64,000 nucleotides of DNA from Thermoguttaceae bacterium (GCA_045546875.1 JAZQDP010000051.1:9016-73015); one strand, 5' to 3'. Positions 43,415 through 53,943 are shown, counted from the first letter of the stretch. Program-made: numbers and translations. The notes: a model not told the origin generated them from the letters alone.

Positions 43415-44416
43415 ATGGAAATAATCAAGACAAAAGCCTACGCTCGAGCCGGTTTGTTGGGAAATCCGTCAGACGGTTACAACGGCAAAACGATTTCTTT
43501 TTGCATTTCGCAATACTACGCTCAGGTAACGCTGTACGAATGGGAACAGGTTGAAATTGTTTCCTGTCTGGAAGATCAAAGTCAGTTTGAATCTGTTACG
43601 GAACTTGTCCATGACGTCGTTTTGCACGGGTACTACGGCGGCGTTCGTCTGATTAAAGCGTCAATTAAACGGTTTATAGAATACTGTCAACTCAAACGTT
43701 TGCCTCTTCATAATCGTAATTTTTCGATTCGTTACGAAACCAACATTCCGCGTCAGGTTGGCATGGCGGGGTCAAGCGCTATTATTACAGCAACGATGCG
43801 AGCGCTGATGAAATTTTATAACGTAGACATTCCGCCGTTTCTCTTAGCGTCTCTGGTTTTGTCGGTTGAAATGCAGGAACTTCATATTACAGCCGGATTG
43901 CAGGATCGCGTAATTCAGGCGTATGAGGGCATGGTCTATATGGACTTTGACAAAAAGAAGATGAAAACCGTTGACGATTTAACGTACGGATCGTATAAAC
44001 GTCTGACAATGCCGCCCGATTTGCCGCTTTACGTTGCCTTTAAGACGGAAGCCAGCGAGCCGACAGAGGTCTTTCACAACAATCTGCGCGCCCGATACGA
44101 TTTGGGAGAGCCGAGCGTTGTCAACGCCATGAACCAATTTGCCCTCTTTGCTCAGCAGGGAAAAGAGGCTCTGGAATTGCATGACTACAAAACGCTCAAC
44201 CGGCTTATAGACGCCAACTTCGACTTGCGCCGGTCGATATGTCGAATTCCGTCATGTCAGGTAGAAATGATCGAAACCGCCCGTCAATGCGGGGCGTCGG
44301 CTAAATTTGCCGGTTCCGGCGGCGCGATTGTCGGTTTATATCAAAACCCGAAAATTTTAGAGACTTTGAAAAATCAGCTCGGTCAGCTGGGGTGTACGGT
44401 TGTAACAATTAATTAG
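43415..44416 (+). CDS. GHMP-family sugar kinase (glucuronokinase-like)
   Basis: GHMP motif PRQVGMAGSSAIITATMRAL. The N-terminal ARAGLLGNPSDGYNGKTISF resembles plant-type glucuronokinase as I recall it. Confidence 0.7.
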   Translation: MEIIKTKAYARAGLLGNPSDGYNGKTISFCISQYYAQVTLYEWEQVEIVSCLEDQSQFESVTELVHDVVLHGYYGGVRLIKASIKRFIEYCQLKRLPLHNRNFSIRYETNIPRQVGMAGSSAIITATMRALMKFYNVDIPPFLLASLVLSVEMQELHITAGLQDRVIQAYEGMVYMDFDKKKMKTVDDLTYGSYKRLTMPPDLPLYVAFKTEASEPTEVFHNNLRARYDLGEPSVVNAMNQFALFAQQGKEALELHDYKTLNRLIDANFDLRRSICRIPSCQVEMIETARQCGASAKFAGSGGAIVGLYQNPKILETLKNQLGQLGCTVVTIN

Positions 44417-44505
44417 CAATTAGCAATTAGCGATTAGCAATTAGCGATTAGCAATTAGCAATTAGCGATTAGCAATTAGCGATTAGCGATTAGCGATTAG
44501 CAATT
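44412..44505. repeat. heptanucleotide microsatellite (ATTAGCR) x13
   Basis: Thirteen perfect in-phase 7-mers. The seventh base reads A,A,G,A,G,A,A,G,A,G,G,G,A. The array starts inside the kinase stop codon and ends about 55 nt before the uxaC ATG. Confidence 0.95.
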
Positions 44506-44558
44506 ATGCAAGCGCTGCCCTAATGCCTATTCTCTACTGCTTACTCCCTTATTTCATC

Positions 44559-45986
44559 ATGAACGAACAAAAACCATTTATCACAGAAGATTTTCTGCTG
44601 CAAACGCCTGCCGCTCAACGCCTGTATCACGAATACGCTGAAAACCAGCCGATTATTGACTACCATTGCCATCTTGTTCCGGCTGAGGCGGCAAACAATA
44701 TTCAGTACAAAAATATGACGCACATTTGGCTCGCGGGCGATCATTATAAATGGAGAGCGATGAGAACCGCCGGCGTGCCGGAACGGTACATTACCGGAAA
44801 AGGGCCAGACGGAAACGCGTCTGACTGGGAAAAGTTTGAAAAATGGGCGCAGACGTACGTTAAATGTCTTCGCAATCCGTTGTATCACTGGACGGCTTTG
44901 GAACTGAACAATCCGTTTGACGTTAAAACTCTTTTGTCACCCAAAACAGCCCCTGAAATTTGGGAGAAGTGCAATGCAATGCTGGCTCAACCGGAGTTCT
45001 TCGCTCAGGGGATTATGCGTCGAATGAACGTTGAAACGGTTTGCACAACCGACGACCCGGTCGATTCGCTGGAGTTTCATATCAAGGCAAAAAACGACCC
45101 CGATTTTCCGTCGAAAATGTTGCCGACCATGCGGCCGGACAAGGCGATGGCAATCGACAAGCCAGAGGTATTCTTGCCGTGGCTGGAAAAGCTGGAATCG
45201 GTAACCGGCAGTTCAATTAAAACATTTGACGGACTCTTTGCCGCTCTGGAACAGCGATATAAATTTTTCGCGTCGGCAGGCTGTAAACTCTCCGACCACG
45301 GTTTGGGAATGTTCCCGAAAACAAAGATTTCCGCCGCGCAGGCGGACGCCATTCTCCAAAAGGTTCTGGCGCGACAACCAATCACGCCTGAAGAAGCAGA
45401 CGGTTTTGCTCGGCTGGTTCTGATTGAATGTTGCAAACTGAACCACAAATTTGGCTGGGTTCAACAGTTCCATTTTGGAGCGATGAGAAACAACAGTACT
45501 CGAATCTACAAAATCTGCGGACCAGACGCCGGCTGCGATTCCATTGCCGACGGAGAAACCGGTCTGGCAATGTCTTCCGTTCTGGATGAACTGGATCAAA
45601 CGGATCAGCTTGCCCGTTCGATTCTGTACAACCTCAATCCGGCGTGTAACGCTCTTGTTGCAACGATGATTGGCAATTTCCAGGACGGCTCGTATCCGGG
45701 AAAAATTCAGTATGGCAGCGGATGGTGGTTCCTTGATCAAAAACAGGGCATGGAAGACCAAATCAACATCTTGTCTGCGGAAGGGCTTTTGAGCCTGTTC
45801 GTTGGAATGCTAACCGACAGTCGGTCGTTCCTGTCGTATACTCGTCATGAATATTTCAGACGGATTTTGTGCAATATGCTTGGAAACGACATGACAAACG
45901 GCTTGATTCCTTACGATTTTGATCTGGTTGGCGACCTGGTAGAAAACGTTTGTTATAAAAATGCCAAAAATTACTTTAATTTTTAA
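44559..45986 (+). CDS. uxaC: glucuronate isomerase
   Basis: MNEQKPFITEDFLLQTPAAQRLYHEYAENQPIIDYHCHL is the canonical UxaC N-terminus. About 475 aa. Start moved to the ATG at 44559. Confidence 0.93.
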   Translation: MNEQKPFITEDFLLQTPAAQRLYHEYAENQPIIDYHCHLVPAEAANNIQYKNMTHIWLAGDHYKWRAMRTAGVPERYITGKGPDGNASDWEKFEKWAQTYVKCLRNPLYHWTALELNNPFDVKTLLSPKTAPEIWEKCNAMLAQPEFFAQGIMRRMNVETVCTTDDPVDSLEFHIKAKNDPDFPSKMLPTMRPDKAMAIDKPEVFLPWLEKLESVTGSSIKTFDGLFAALEQRYKFFASAGCKLSDHGLGMFPKTKISAAQADAILQKVLARQPITPEEADGFARLVLIECCKLNHKFGWVQQFHFGAMRNNSTRIYKICGPDAGCDSIADGETGLAMSSVLDELDQTDQLARSILYNLNPACNALVATMIGNFQDGSYPGKIQYGSGWWFLDQKQGMEDQINILSAEGLLSLFVGMLTDSRSFLSYTRHEYFRRILCNMLGNDMTNGLIPYDFDLVGDLVENVCYKNAKNYFNF

Positions 45987-45995
45987 GGCATTGTC

Positions 45996-48900
45996 ATGCA
46001 ATTTGAATTTAATCCGACAAACAAAACGTTCCGTTGTTTTTCCGTATTGATTGCGGTAGTTTTTACCTGCTTAATCAATGCGGCATTTGGTCAAGACGTT
46101 CAAAACGACCTTAAATCTCAAGCCCGGGCGGAAAATAAACCGGTATTGATTTTTTACCACGGCAGCGATTGGTGCGTTTCTGGCGAATTTGCATTAACGG
46201 TTTGGAAAAGCCCCGGCGTTCAAAATAAACTTGCCAACGATTTCCTTACCGGGGTAATCGACGTTCCTTCTGTCAATACGAGTGCGATTGAATCCCAAAA
46301 CGCGATGGCAAAGTCGCTGCGGATTGAAATTCGTCAGCTTCCCGCCATAGCGTTTTATACGCCGGCAGGGGAATGTTTTGCTATATGGGGAAATGTGCCG
46401 TGTAACGTTACGGCAGATGAGATAATTCAAAAGACGGCTGAAATGATGGACGTCTGGAAAAAAGCCGTCCCATGGAAAGAGAAAGCTGAACAGCAAACCG
46501 GTATAGAATCTGTTAATTCCGCAGCTAAATTTTTTAATACGCTAATTCCGTACTGTTCTTTTGATCAGCTCAAATCAGAAAAAAGTTTTCAGGCTCTATG
46601 GAATCGCATGGAAAAACAAGATCCAGACGATCAAACCGGCTGGCGTCGATTTTACAATTTTGACTATCAGTGGTATGGCGATAAAATCTCCGAGTTCCGT
46701 AACAACGATAAATTTGAGGAAGGCGAGGCGTTTATTAAAAAAGAGCAAAACGATCCCCGCAACAGCAAACTGACTGTCGAGCAAAAACAGGTTCTGGCTC
46801 TGCTCCCGTTTTGCTTGACCTCTAATCAGGAAGAGAGTAAAGACGCCAACATCGCGCTGTTAAAAGAAGTCGTTAAGATGGACCCAACCACCCGCTGGGG
46901 AATTGGCGCTGCTGGCTGGCTGGAGGAATGGGGCGAGGAGTCGCCGGTTGCGATTCCGACTTTGCAGGAAAGAATGGCAAAGATTTTTTCTCCGCTGCGA
47001 AAACGCAACGAATCTGCGGTTAAGCCGATGGCGCAAAAGATTATGGATTCTGATCGAGAAACGATTAAACGTATGCTCCGATCAAAAATTACGTTGAACA
47101 ATGCCAACAGAAAAGCTCTGCTTCGGTTTTACGCCATGTCGTTAATTGGACCGGAAACAATTGACAGGAGCCTCGCGAAGGAAGGCGGCAAGACGATTGC
47201 AAACCACTTATTTGGAAATCTCGAATTATTGGAATCATTTCTTTTATCCGGTCCGATTAACAATCCAGCCAGAGCGTATGAAATCTGGGACAACCTGATG
47301 TTTCAGGCGGCATCGTGGAAAAACCCCTTTTCTTCGTCGGAAAAGTGGATTGATACGCCTTTGGGCAGAAACATCGCGATGGCAATTGCCTTAAACGCTC
47401 AGTTTGACGATACGATTAGCGTATATTTATTGGAATCGTATTATAGATTGTCTTCGGCTCAACGGCTTGTTAAAAACGCATACAGCTACGATACGCGTGA
47501 ATTTCGTTACGTTGTTCTCAATATTCACCCGTATGACAATTTATGGCTCAACGAGTTCCTCTCTTGTCCGCCGGACAGCTACACGGGTTCCTGCTGGTCG
47601 TGCCGATATATTACTTACAATTTTTTTGGAGACAGCGTTCAGGGTCGGTTATATCGAGCGCCGTGGGATAAGTTTTACTCAAGTTCCGAGGTGTCGCAAA
47701 AGATCGGCGGGGTCTGCGGCGCTTTGTCATACTTTGGCGCATCGACCGCGCGAGCGCATGGCGTTATGGCGGTTCCGGGCGGTCAGCCGGGGCACTGCGC
47801 TTATATGCTTCGCGGGTCGCAAGATCGATGGATTATTGGATACAGCGTTTCGCCGTACACCGGGGCGCATTATAATTTCTGGGGGCTGTCATATCAAGGG
47901 TTGGATATGATAGAAGCGATTTATAAAGGCGGCGCCAACAAGAAAGCGGATATTGTTGATATCTTGGCTAAAGTTATTGTCATGCTCCGCTATCCGCAGC
48001 CGAGCGTTTCACAACTCAGCGCGGAAGCCTATCAATGGGATGGGAAAAAACTGCCAGATTTTTCAACCCTTGAACCGGTAGAAACGCTTGATTCGATTAA
48101 CGGTTTTGACATTAACGCCTTTAAGCTTCGAAGCCGCGTTGCGATTCGGTTCAAAGGAACGTTAAACATACCGGATAACGCAGCTGTTACGTATATAATC
48201 GGTTCAGACGACGGCTCTCGTCTTCTTGTTGACGGGAACGTTATTGTTGACAACGACGGTTCGCACGGGATTATAGAGAAGTCTGCAAGCCTCTCTTTAG
48301 CTCCCGGTAAACACTCAATAGAAGTTCAGTATTTTGATGCCGGCGGCGGACGCGGGCTGACGGTTTCCATGAATAAACCTCAGTCGTTTGATTCTGACGT
48401 CAATAAGTTATATAAAACTGCGTTGAAATACTGCCCCATGCATTATGGCGTTGCGCTTGATTACGCAAATTGGCTCGAAAGCGTCAGCGCGCCTTACGAT
48501 CAGTGGACTCAATGGGCTTTTAGCGTTGCAAACGGATTAAAAGACTATGCCGACAACGCGTGGAACCTGATTAACCGGTTTTATTTGCCAAAATGTAAAT
48601 CTAACGGCGGTAAAGAAGAACTGCTTAAACAGCTCTTGGCTCTTCATTCCATTATGCGTCAGTCGGAACTGCCAACGGCAGAGGTTTATAATTATCGCGC
48701 TGTTTTGGATCAGCACTTCAACATGCTCGATAAAGACTGCGACGCTGCGATGACGTTGTTTAAGACCTGTTTGAAAGTCCAGTTAAATACGTCAAATTTG
48801 TTTGGCGTCGTTTTAACCTGGGGGGCTGACAAGTTTATGGACGATGAAAAACTGTCTCAACAGATGGGGGCGGCTATTGCAGAAGTTTTTGCCGATAATT

Positions 48901-49484
48901 CGCAAAGTGCGGACAAGGGCTTTTCCATGGCGTTGCGAGAACTGATGAGAAAAGCCTCGCGAACCGATAATTTCCCGATGTTTACCCAGATGGCGGAAAT
49001 GATTCGAAAGCAAAATCCCAAAACTGAATCGGATCCCTATCCGCGCGAAGATTTTGGTGGAAAACTGCTCTCGGACAAAGCAATGATGAAAATTTCAACG
49101 TCTGGAGGGTATGACTATCCTGAAGTCTATCCGTTTTGTCTCGATACAACCCGAGACATCGATCGCACATTCCATACTGACGGCGAAAAATCCCCGTGGG
49201 CAATGGTTACGTTGCCGGGAATGTCTGAAATATCAGGCATCTTAATTACGCCGAATCGCGGCTATTATCGAGATCGAAACGTCCCGATTATGGTTTGGGT
49301 TTCAGAAAACGGGACGGATTGGAAAGAAGTGTTTACGTCTGAAAAGCTGGAATCGGAATGGCGGATTGACTTAAGTTCTGCCCCGATAAAAGCGAAATAC
49401 GTTAAAGTGGGGCGCGTTCCGGAATTCAAAAATGACTGTTTCCATTTAGGAAAAATTCTCATTTACGGAAAAACGCTATATTGA
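45996..49484 (+). CDS. large secreted multidomain protein with PA14 and C-terminal discoidin (F5/8 type C)-like domains
   Basis: Signal-like N-terminus. Thioredoxin-like KPVLIFYHGSDWC. PA14 pattern FKGTLNIPDNAAVTYIIGSDDGSRLLVDGNVIVDNDG. The C-terminal beta-sandwich-like region ends VWVSENGTDWKEVF. Confidence 0.55.
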   Translation: MQFEFNPTNKTFRCFSVLIAVVFTCLINAAFGQDVQNDLKSQARAENKPVLIFYHGSDWCVSGEFALTVWKSPGVQNKLANDFLTGVIDVPSVNTSAIESQNAMAKSLRIEIRQLPAIAFYTPAGECFAIWGNVPCNVTADEIIQKTAEMMDVWKKAVPWKEKAEQQTGIESVNSAAKFFNTLIPYCSFDQLKSEKSFQALWNRMEKQDPDDQTGWRRFYNFDYQWYGDKISEFRNNDKFEEGEAFIKKEQNDPRNSKLTVEQKQVLALLPFCLTSNQEESKDANIALLKEVVKMDPTTRWGIGAAGWLEEWGEESPVAIPTLQERMAKIFSPLRKRNESAVKPMAQKIMDSDRETIKRMLRSKITLNNANRKALLRFYAMSLIGPETIDRSLAKEGGKTIANHLFGNLELLESFLLSGPINNPARAYEIWDNLMFQAASWKNPFSSSEKWIDTPLGRNIAMAIALNAQFDDTISVYLLESYYRLSSAQRLVKNAYSYDTREFRYVVLNIHPYDNLWLNEFLSCPPDSYTGSCWSCRYITYNFFGDSVQGRLYRAPWDKFYSSSEVSQKIGGVCGALSYFGASTARAHGVMAVPGGQPGHCAYMLRGSQDRWIIGYSVSPYTGAHYNFWGLSYQGLDMIEAIYKGGANKKADIVDILAKVIVMLRYPQPSVSQLSAEAYQWDGKKLPDFSTLEPVETLDSINGFDINAFKLRSRVAIRFKGTLNIPDNAAVTYIIGSDDGSRLLVDGNVIVDNDGSHGIIEKSASLSLAPGKHSIEVQYFDAGGGRGLTVSMNKPQSFDSDVNKLYKTALKYCPMHYGVALDYANWLESVSAPYDQWTQWAFSVANGLKDYADNAWNLINRFYLPKCKSNGGKEELLKQLLALHSIMRQSELPTAEVYNYRAVLDQHFNMLDKDCDAAMTLFKTCLKVQLNTSNLFGVVLTWGADKFMDDEKLSQQMGAAIAEVFADNSQSADKGFSMALRELMRKASRTDNFPMFTQMAEMIRKQNPKTESDPYPREDFGGKLLSDKAMMKISTSGGYDYPEVYPFCLDTTRDIDRTFHTDGEKSPWAMVTLPGMSEISGILITPNRGYYRDRNVPIMVWVSENGTDWKEVFTSEKLESEWRIDLSSAPIKAKYVKVGRVPEFKNDCFHLGKILIYGKTLY

Positions 49485-49569
49485 TATATAGTGAATAGGA
49501 TGAAAGCTTAGGCGCAGCCACGGGGGTAAACTCGGGCTGCGCCTATATTTTCAAGCAGAAAAAGTTTAA

Positions 49570-50661
49570 TCAATATTCTTCGTCGTCAAATATTTCTAAC
49601 GATTTGTAAGAGTTGTTATCCTCTGCCGGCGGGTATCCAACGCGAACGGGGGTAACTTCTGTAACCTGTGGCTGAGGCGTGTACGGTTCTGCAATTGGCT
49701 GTGCAATTGGCTGCCGGTTATAGGTGGAATAGTTGTTCTGTTCCGTTCGGGGCGCATTTAAGGCGACAAATTCATGGTCGGGGCTGTATCGCATAGCCAT
49801 AATCTGAGTTTGCCTCGCCAATTCCTGCCGGGTTTCCATTCGAATGTTGGTCAGCTCCATCGCGTATGACGAAAGCGTTACTGGAGAACTTTTGCATCCG
49901 TCTGAATACCAGCGAACAAACGCTAACGTCTGTTCCAGGTTGTTGTCTGCCACTTTGCCCAGCATGGGGAACAGGAGTCGAACGCCAACGTCAACGGTTT
50001 TTTGCTCTAAACTCAAAAAGGCGTCAACGTAGCAGACGGTCTGTTCTACCCCGGCGGCGTTTTTGGTTGCTGAAAGCCGCGCCAGAACCAGAGCTTTGCC
50101 TCGAATATTGTTTTTCAGAAGCGAACCCTGGTACCCGCCCTCCAGGTAGTATAAGACGCCGTTTTCTCCTGACCAGAGCCGTTTCATCCAGCCGGACGTG
50201 CCGGCGATGTCGGAAACCTCGTACAGACCGTCTCCCCGTTCACGAACGGAAATCTGGCTAATGCCGAGCTTTTCCCAGATGTTGACAACCGCGTCTGGAT
50301 GGTTTACCATGAACGAAACCATGCTTTTGTCGGATTCAACCTGATACACAGGCAGCCGACGAAAGACGGTAATATTTCTCAATACGCTTTGAAGGCGCAA
50401 AGCGTCGTTTGCGGACAGCCCCGCTAACGCTTGCAGTTCTGAAATGACGCGCTGCCGAGTCGCCCTGTCGGAGACTGCGCCGGCGAGAGCTTGTGGAGCT
50501 ATCGAAGACGGAGTCGAAGGCGATGACTGCTCTTGTTCAGCGCGGCGAGCGTTTTGACGGTAATGCGCCATTTGACCCATCACAGGAACAACGGCAAAAG
50601 ACGATGTTCCAAACGCTGCCAGCAAAACTGCGGCGATAATTTTACCCATATTAATTTTCAT
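49570..50661 (-). CDS. hypothetical secreted protein
   Basis: Signal peptide MKINMGKIIAAVLLAAFGTSSFA. No recognised domain. Confidence 0.55.
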   Translation of the reverse strand: MKINMGKIIAAVLLAAFGTSSFAVVPVMGQMAHYRQNARRAEQEQSSPSTPSSIAPQALAGAVSDRATRQRVISELQALAGLSANDALRLQSVLRNITVFRRLPVYQVESDKSMVSFMVNHPDAVVNIWEKLGISQISVRERGDGLYEVSDIAGTSGWMKRLWSGENGVLYYLEGGYQGSLLKNNIRGKALVLARLSATKNAAGVEQTVCYVDAFLSLEQKTVDVGVRLLFPMLGKVADNNLEQTLAFVRWYSDGCKSSPVTLSSYAMELTNIRMETRQELARQTQIMAMRYSPDHEFVALNAPRTEQNNYSTYNRQPIAQPIAEPYTPQPQVTEVTPVRVGYPPAEDNNSYKSLEIFDDEEY

Positions 50662-50836
50662 ATCCTCTTTTTCGGGAAAAAAAGTGAATTTTTTAAAAAC
50701 TTTTTAGGATTACGCTAAAGTTTGCCTAACGCGAAAAAGCAGTCTTGACAAATCGATATAAATAAAGTATCTTTCACTTGTGGTATAATCCATACTTGTT
50801 GCACAAGTTGTTTTTTCAGTATTAACAATATCAAAA

Positions 50837-52705
50837 ATGAAGCAGGCGATACTACTTATAACTGTTATTTCTTTTTTGACGTTGTCGAGTTGCAGTTTAT
50901 GGAACAGTTCTAGCGTTCGCTCGCAAAGTCCAGAAAAGAAAACAGGCTACAGCGCTCCGGAAAAACCGAGGCTTGTGGGCGACATCGTTCGTCCATGGGG
51001 CTTGGATGCCGTCCGCGTTGAGGGTATCGCTATTGCTACCGGTTTGGACGACACCGGGTCAGATCCTCCGATGACGAAGTTTCGTCAACTGCTTTATCGC
51101 GACCTGAAAAAACGCGGGGTTCAAGAGCCGACGGTTATGATGGCATCTAAAAAGACGTCAATGGTTTTAGTTCGCGCGATGATCCCTCCAGGAGCGCAAA
51201 AAGGACAGCGAATCGACGTTGAAGTCCAAACGCCGTCCCGGTCAGAAACGACGTCTTTGCGCGGCGGCTGGCTGATGGAAACAGACCTGCGAAAAATGGC
51301 GGTGTTTGACGACACCCTTCGTACGGGCGACGTTATGGCAACCGCTTTTGGCTCAATTATGACGCCCCCGAGAACGGGAGACGCTAAAAAGGACGCGCAA
51401 TCCCAGCTCGGAGGATTGGTCTTGGGAGGGGGAACCGTTCAAAAAAGCCGAAATCTTGGGCTGATTCTGCCAAACGAAGACAAGGTTATTATGGTTAAAT
51501 ACGCTGACTTGATTCAAAAAGCGATTAACCGTCGTTTTAATATTACCGGCAGAGGCGGCGCGCGATCTGGCGTCGCAAAAGCAAAAGATAACAGGTATAT
51601 AGAATTATACGTCCACCCGCGGTATAAAAACAACGTGTACCGATATATGTCCGTCGTTCGAGCGGTTGCTTTGATTGATGCGCCGCAAGTGCGTCTGAAG
51701 CGTTTGGAAGAACTCAGAGTTCGGCTCAAAGACCCGTTTACGACGTCGTATGCCGCTCTGGAACTGGAAGCGCTTGGACCGCAAGGCGACGTGCTCGAAA
51801 TCCTCCGGGAAGGTATGAAATCGTCTGACGTTCAGGTGCAGTTTTATTCCGCCGAAGCGTTAGCGTTTTTGGATCAAAGCGACTGCGCGCCCGTTCTGGC
51901 AAAGATAGCAAAAGAGCAGGACGCAATGCGTGGTCCGGCGCTAGGCGCTCTTTCCGCTCTGGACGACATCAACTCGTACGAGGTTCTGCTAGACTTAATG
52001 CGCTCTGGCAGTTTTGAAACGCGGTACAGCGCTTTCCGCGCTCTGTGGTATATGCGTCCAAACGACCCGATTGCCCGGGGAATCACGCTCGGAAAGGACG
52101 GTTTTACGCTGCATTATATCGAAAGTGATCCGCCGAATTTGATTCACATCACAAAAGATACCAGACCGGAAATAACGCTCTTTGGCAGAGATATTAAACT
52201 TTCCACGCCGCTGTTGCTCGACGTCGGGAAAAATATCATGCTCAAGTCAGACGGCGACGATAAAATCGAGGTCTCCAAATTCTCAATTGATGAGCCGGAT
52301 CAAAAGCGGACTATTTCTACCGACGTTGCGGAGGTTATAAAAACCGTTGCCGATTTGGGCGCTACGTATCCAGACGTGGTCGAGATGATTCAAACCGGAG
52401 TCTCTACAGGATGCATTACAGCCAAGGTGTTGGTGAATGCCGTACCAAAGGGCGAACGCTATTATAGAGTAAAAGACACGTCAAAATCGTCTGGCGGCGC
52501 CGACGACCCGATTGACGGCGACAGCCATAGCGAATCTGAACCGCCGGTTTCTGAAGAAGATATGAAAATCGCAGGGGAAACGCCGCTGTCCGAAACGCCG
52601 GAAGTGAAAATCGACAAAGAAGACCTGGAACCTGAAACAACAGATCGCAACAGCAAGCGACACAACAAGCTTTCTAACCCGAAACCGTGGTACTGGCCTT
52701 GGTAA
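50837..52705 (+). CDS. FlgI (P-ring)-like domain lipoprotein fused to HEAT-like repeats
   Basis: Lipobox LTLSSC. ATGLDDTGSD, VLVRAMIPPGAQKGQRIDVEV and TSLRGGWLMETDL parallel the FlgI motifs GLxGTGD, VMVTAxLPPFxxxGxxIDVxV and SLRGGTLLMTPL. The central region has HEAT/PBS-lyase-like repeats. Confidence 0.5.
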   Translation: MKQAILLITVISFLTLSSCSLWNSSSVRSQSPEKKTGYSAPEKPRLVGDIVRPWGLDAVRVEGIAIATGLDDTGSDPPMTKFRQLLYRDLKKRGVQEPTVMMASKKTSMVLVRAMIPPGAQKGQRIDVEVQTPSRSETTSLRGGWLMETDLRKMAVFDDTLRTGDVMATAFGSIMTPPRTGDAKKDAQSQLGGLVLGGGTVQKSRNLGLILPNEDKVIMVKYADLIQKAINRRFNITGRGGARSGVAKAKDNRYIELYVHPRYKNNVYRYMSVVRAVALIDAPQVRLKRLEELRVRLKDPFTTSYAALELEALGPQGDVLEILREGMKSSDVQVQFYSAEALAFLDQSDCAPVLAKIAKEQDAMRGPALGALSALDDINSYEVLLDLMRSGSFETRYSAFRALWYMRPNDPIARGITLGKDGFTLHYIESDPPNLIHITKDTRPEITLFGRDIKLSTPLLLDVGKNIMLKSDGDDKIEVSKFSIDEPDQKRTISTDVAEVIKTVADLGATYPDVVEMIQTGVSTGCITAKVLVNAVPKGERYYRVKDTSKSSGGADDPIDGDSHSESEPPVSEEDMKIAGETPLSETPEVKIDKEDLEPETTDRNSKRHNKLSNPKPWYWPW

Positions 52706-53052
52706 ATTCCCGGAGAAGGCGCCCGACGCGCGGAATGTGCGTCGCTTTCTCAAACCTGTCTAAATATACAGTTAGCGATTACAATCAGCCCGCAGGCGCA
52801 AATTCGTCTGTAGATATTGATAAATACTGGTAAAAATCGCGTTTTGTATTTAAATTAGGGGGAATAATGGCGTTGTTGGGACGTTGTTCTTAGGTTTTTT
52901 AAAAAATTTTTTAAAAATGGACAAAATTTTCCTTGCAAATGTCGATTTTTAGATTATAATACAAAAGCTAAACAAGATAGATTGTCTATTTTGTTGTTAG
53001 CGTTTATTAATTGCAGACAACCAATTTTAAGTTATTGGCGTAAAAAACTACC

Positions 53053-53943
53053 ATGAATACCAAATCCGAAGACGTCGTTAAAAATGTTGAATTGAACCAG
53101 GTTGAATCAACTTCCAACGAACAGCGTCAGACCGTTAAGCCGATAGTTATTTCCCGTCGGCGCCTGCTGCGAGCAGGCGTTGCAGGCATACCTGTGGTGT
53201 TGACCATGGCAGGACTTGCGCCAGCTGAAAGCATTCAAACCACTCCCTCCGCCGCTTCCGGGTTGGTTTACGGCGGAAACAAGGTGTACAATCGTTTTTA
53301 TAATCAAAGAAGAAGCGACGGTTTGGTCTGGACTGACCATAATGGCTTTGTGCTTTTGCCTGAAGGGGGCGTAATGACAAGCAATCCAGCTTTGTCAATT
53401 ACTACTGATGACTCTACCACTGGCGTTAAATCATTTGAACCAACTATTACCTATATCGGAACGGCGTCTGAAGAGTCACGACCTTCGCCTTTGACATGCA
53501 CAGCTTCTATTACTCCCCCGTCAAACCTGAGTTCAAATGCTTATATGCACAAAACTGGTAACTGGTATACAGATCTTGTGGTAAATTCATCAAAAGATTT
53601 AGTTGAGTACATTAAGGATTTAACTTTAACAATTAAGATTGGCGACGAAGCCATTACTCCAACAAACGTTGATGTTCAAGATCCAACCTTTACACAAAAC
53701 AATCAATGGTATAATAAGCCAGTTATGGGGTGGAATTTAGTAAATACAGAAGATGAAGAAGAGTATTATGCGTTAGATCAAAGTCAAAATACGATTGATA
53801 GCATTCAATTTAAAGCAACTCTTAGCTTTAATGTTACGAAAGGCGATTACACGTATTCTTGTAGTGATTTACTAATTACAATTCCATTGAAATTAGTAGT
53901 TGGGAATATTCCCACCCCTACAGCTGACGATCACGGCATTTAG
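53053..53943 (+). CDS. hypothetical exported protein with twin-arginine-like signal
   Basis: ISRRRLLRAGVAGIPVVLTMAGLAPAES after a 30-aa polar leader. Confidence 0.55.
   Translation: MNTKSEDVVKNVELNQVESTSNEQRQTVKPIVISRRRLLRAGVAGIPVVLTMAGLAPAESIQTTPSAASGLVYGGNKVYNRFYNQRRSDGLVWTDHNGFVLLPEGGVMTSNPALSITTDDSTTGVKSFEPTITYIGTASEESRPSPLTCTASITPPSNLSSNAYMHKTGNWYTDLVVNSSKDLVEYIKDLTLTIKIGDEAITPTNVDVQDPTFTQNNQWYNKPVMGWNLVNTEDEEEYYALDQSQNTIDSIQFKATLSFNVTKGDYTYSCSDLLITIPLKLVVGNIPTPTADDHGI

Noticed and set aside
44412-44505. The repeat array as a CRISPR locus
   Set aside because: The units are 7 nt and contiguous with no spacers. It is a microsatellite, not a CRISPR array. No cas genes are nearby.
45213-45761. 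182-aa minus-strand ORF (also 44541-44888 and 45077-45448)
   Set aside because: All lie antisense within uxaC, which is confidently identified. No motifs.
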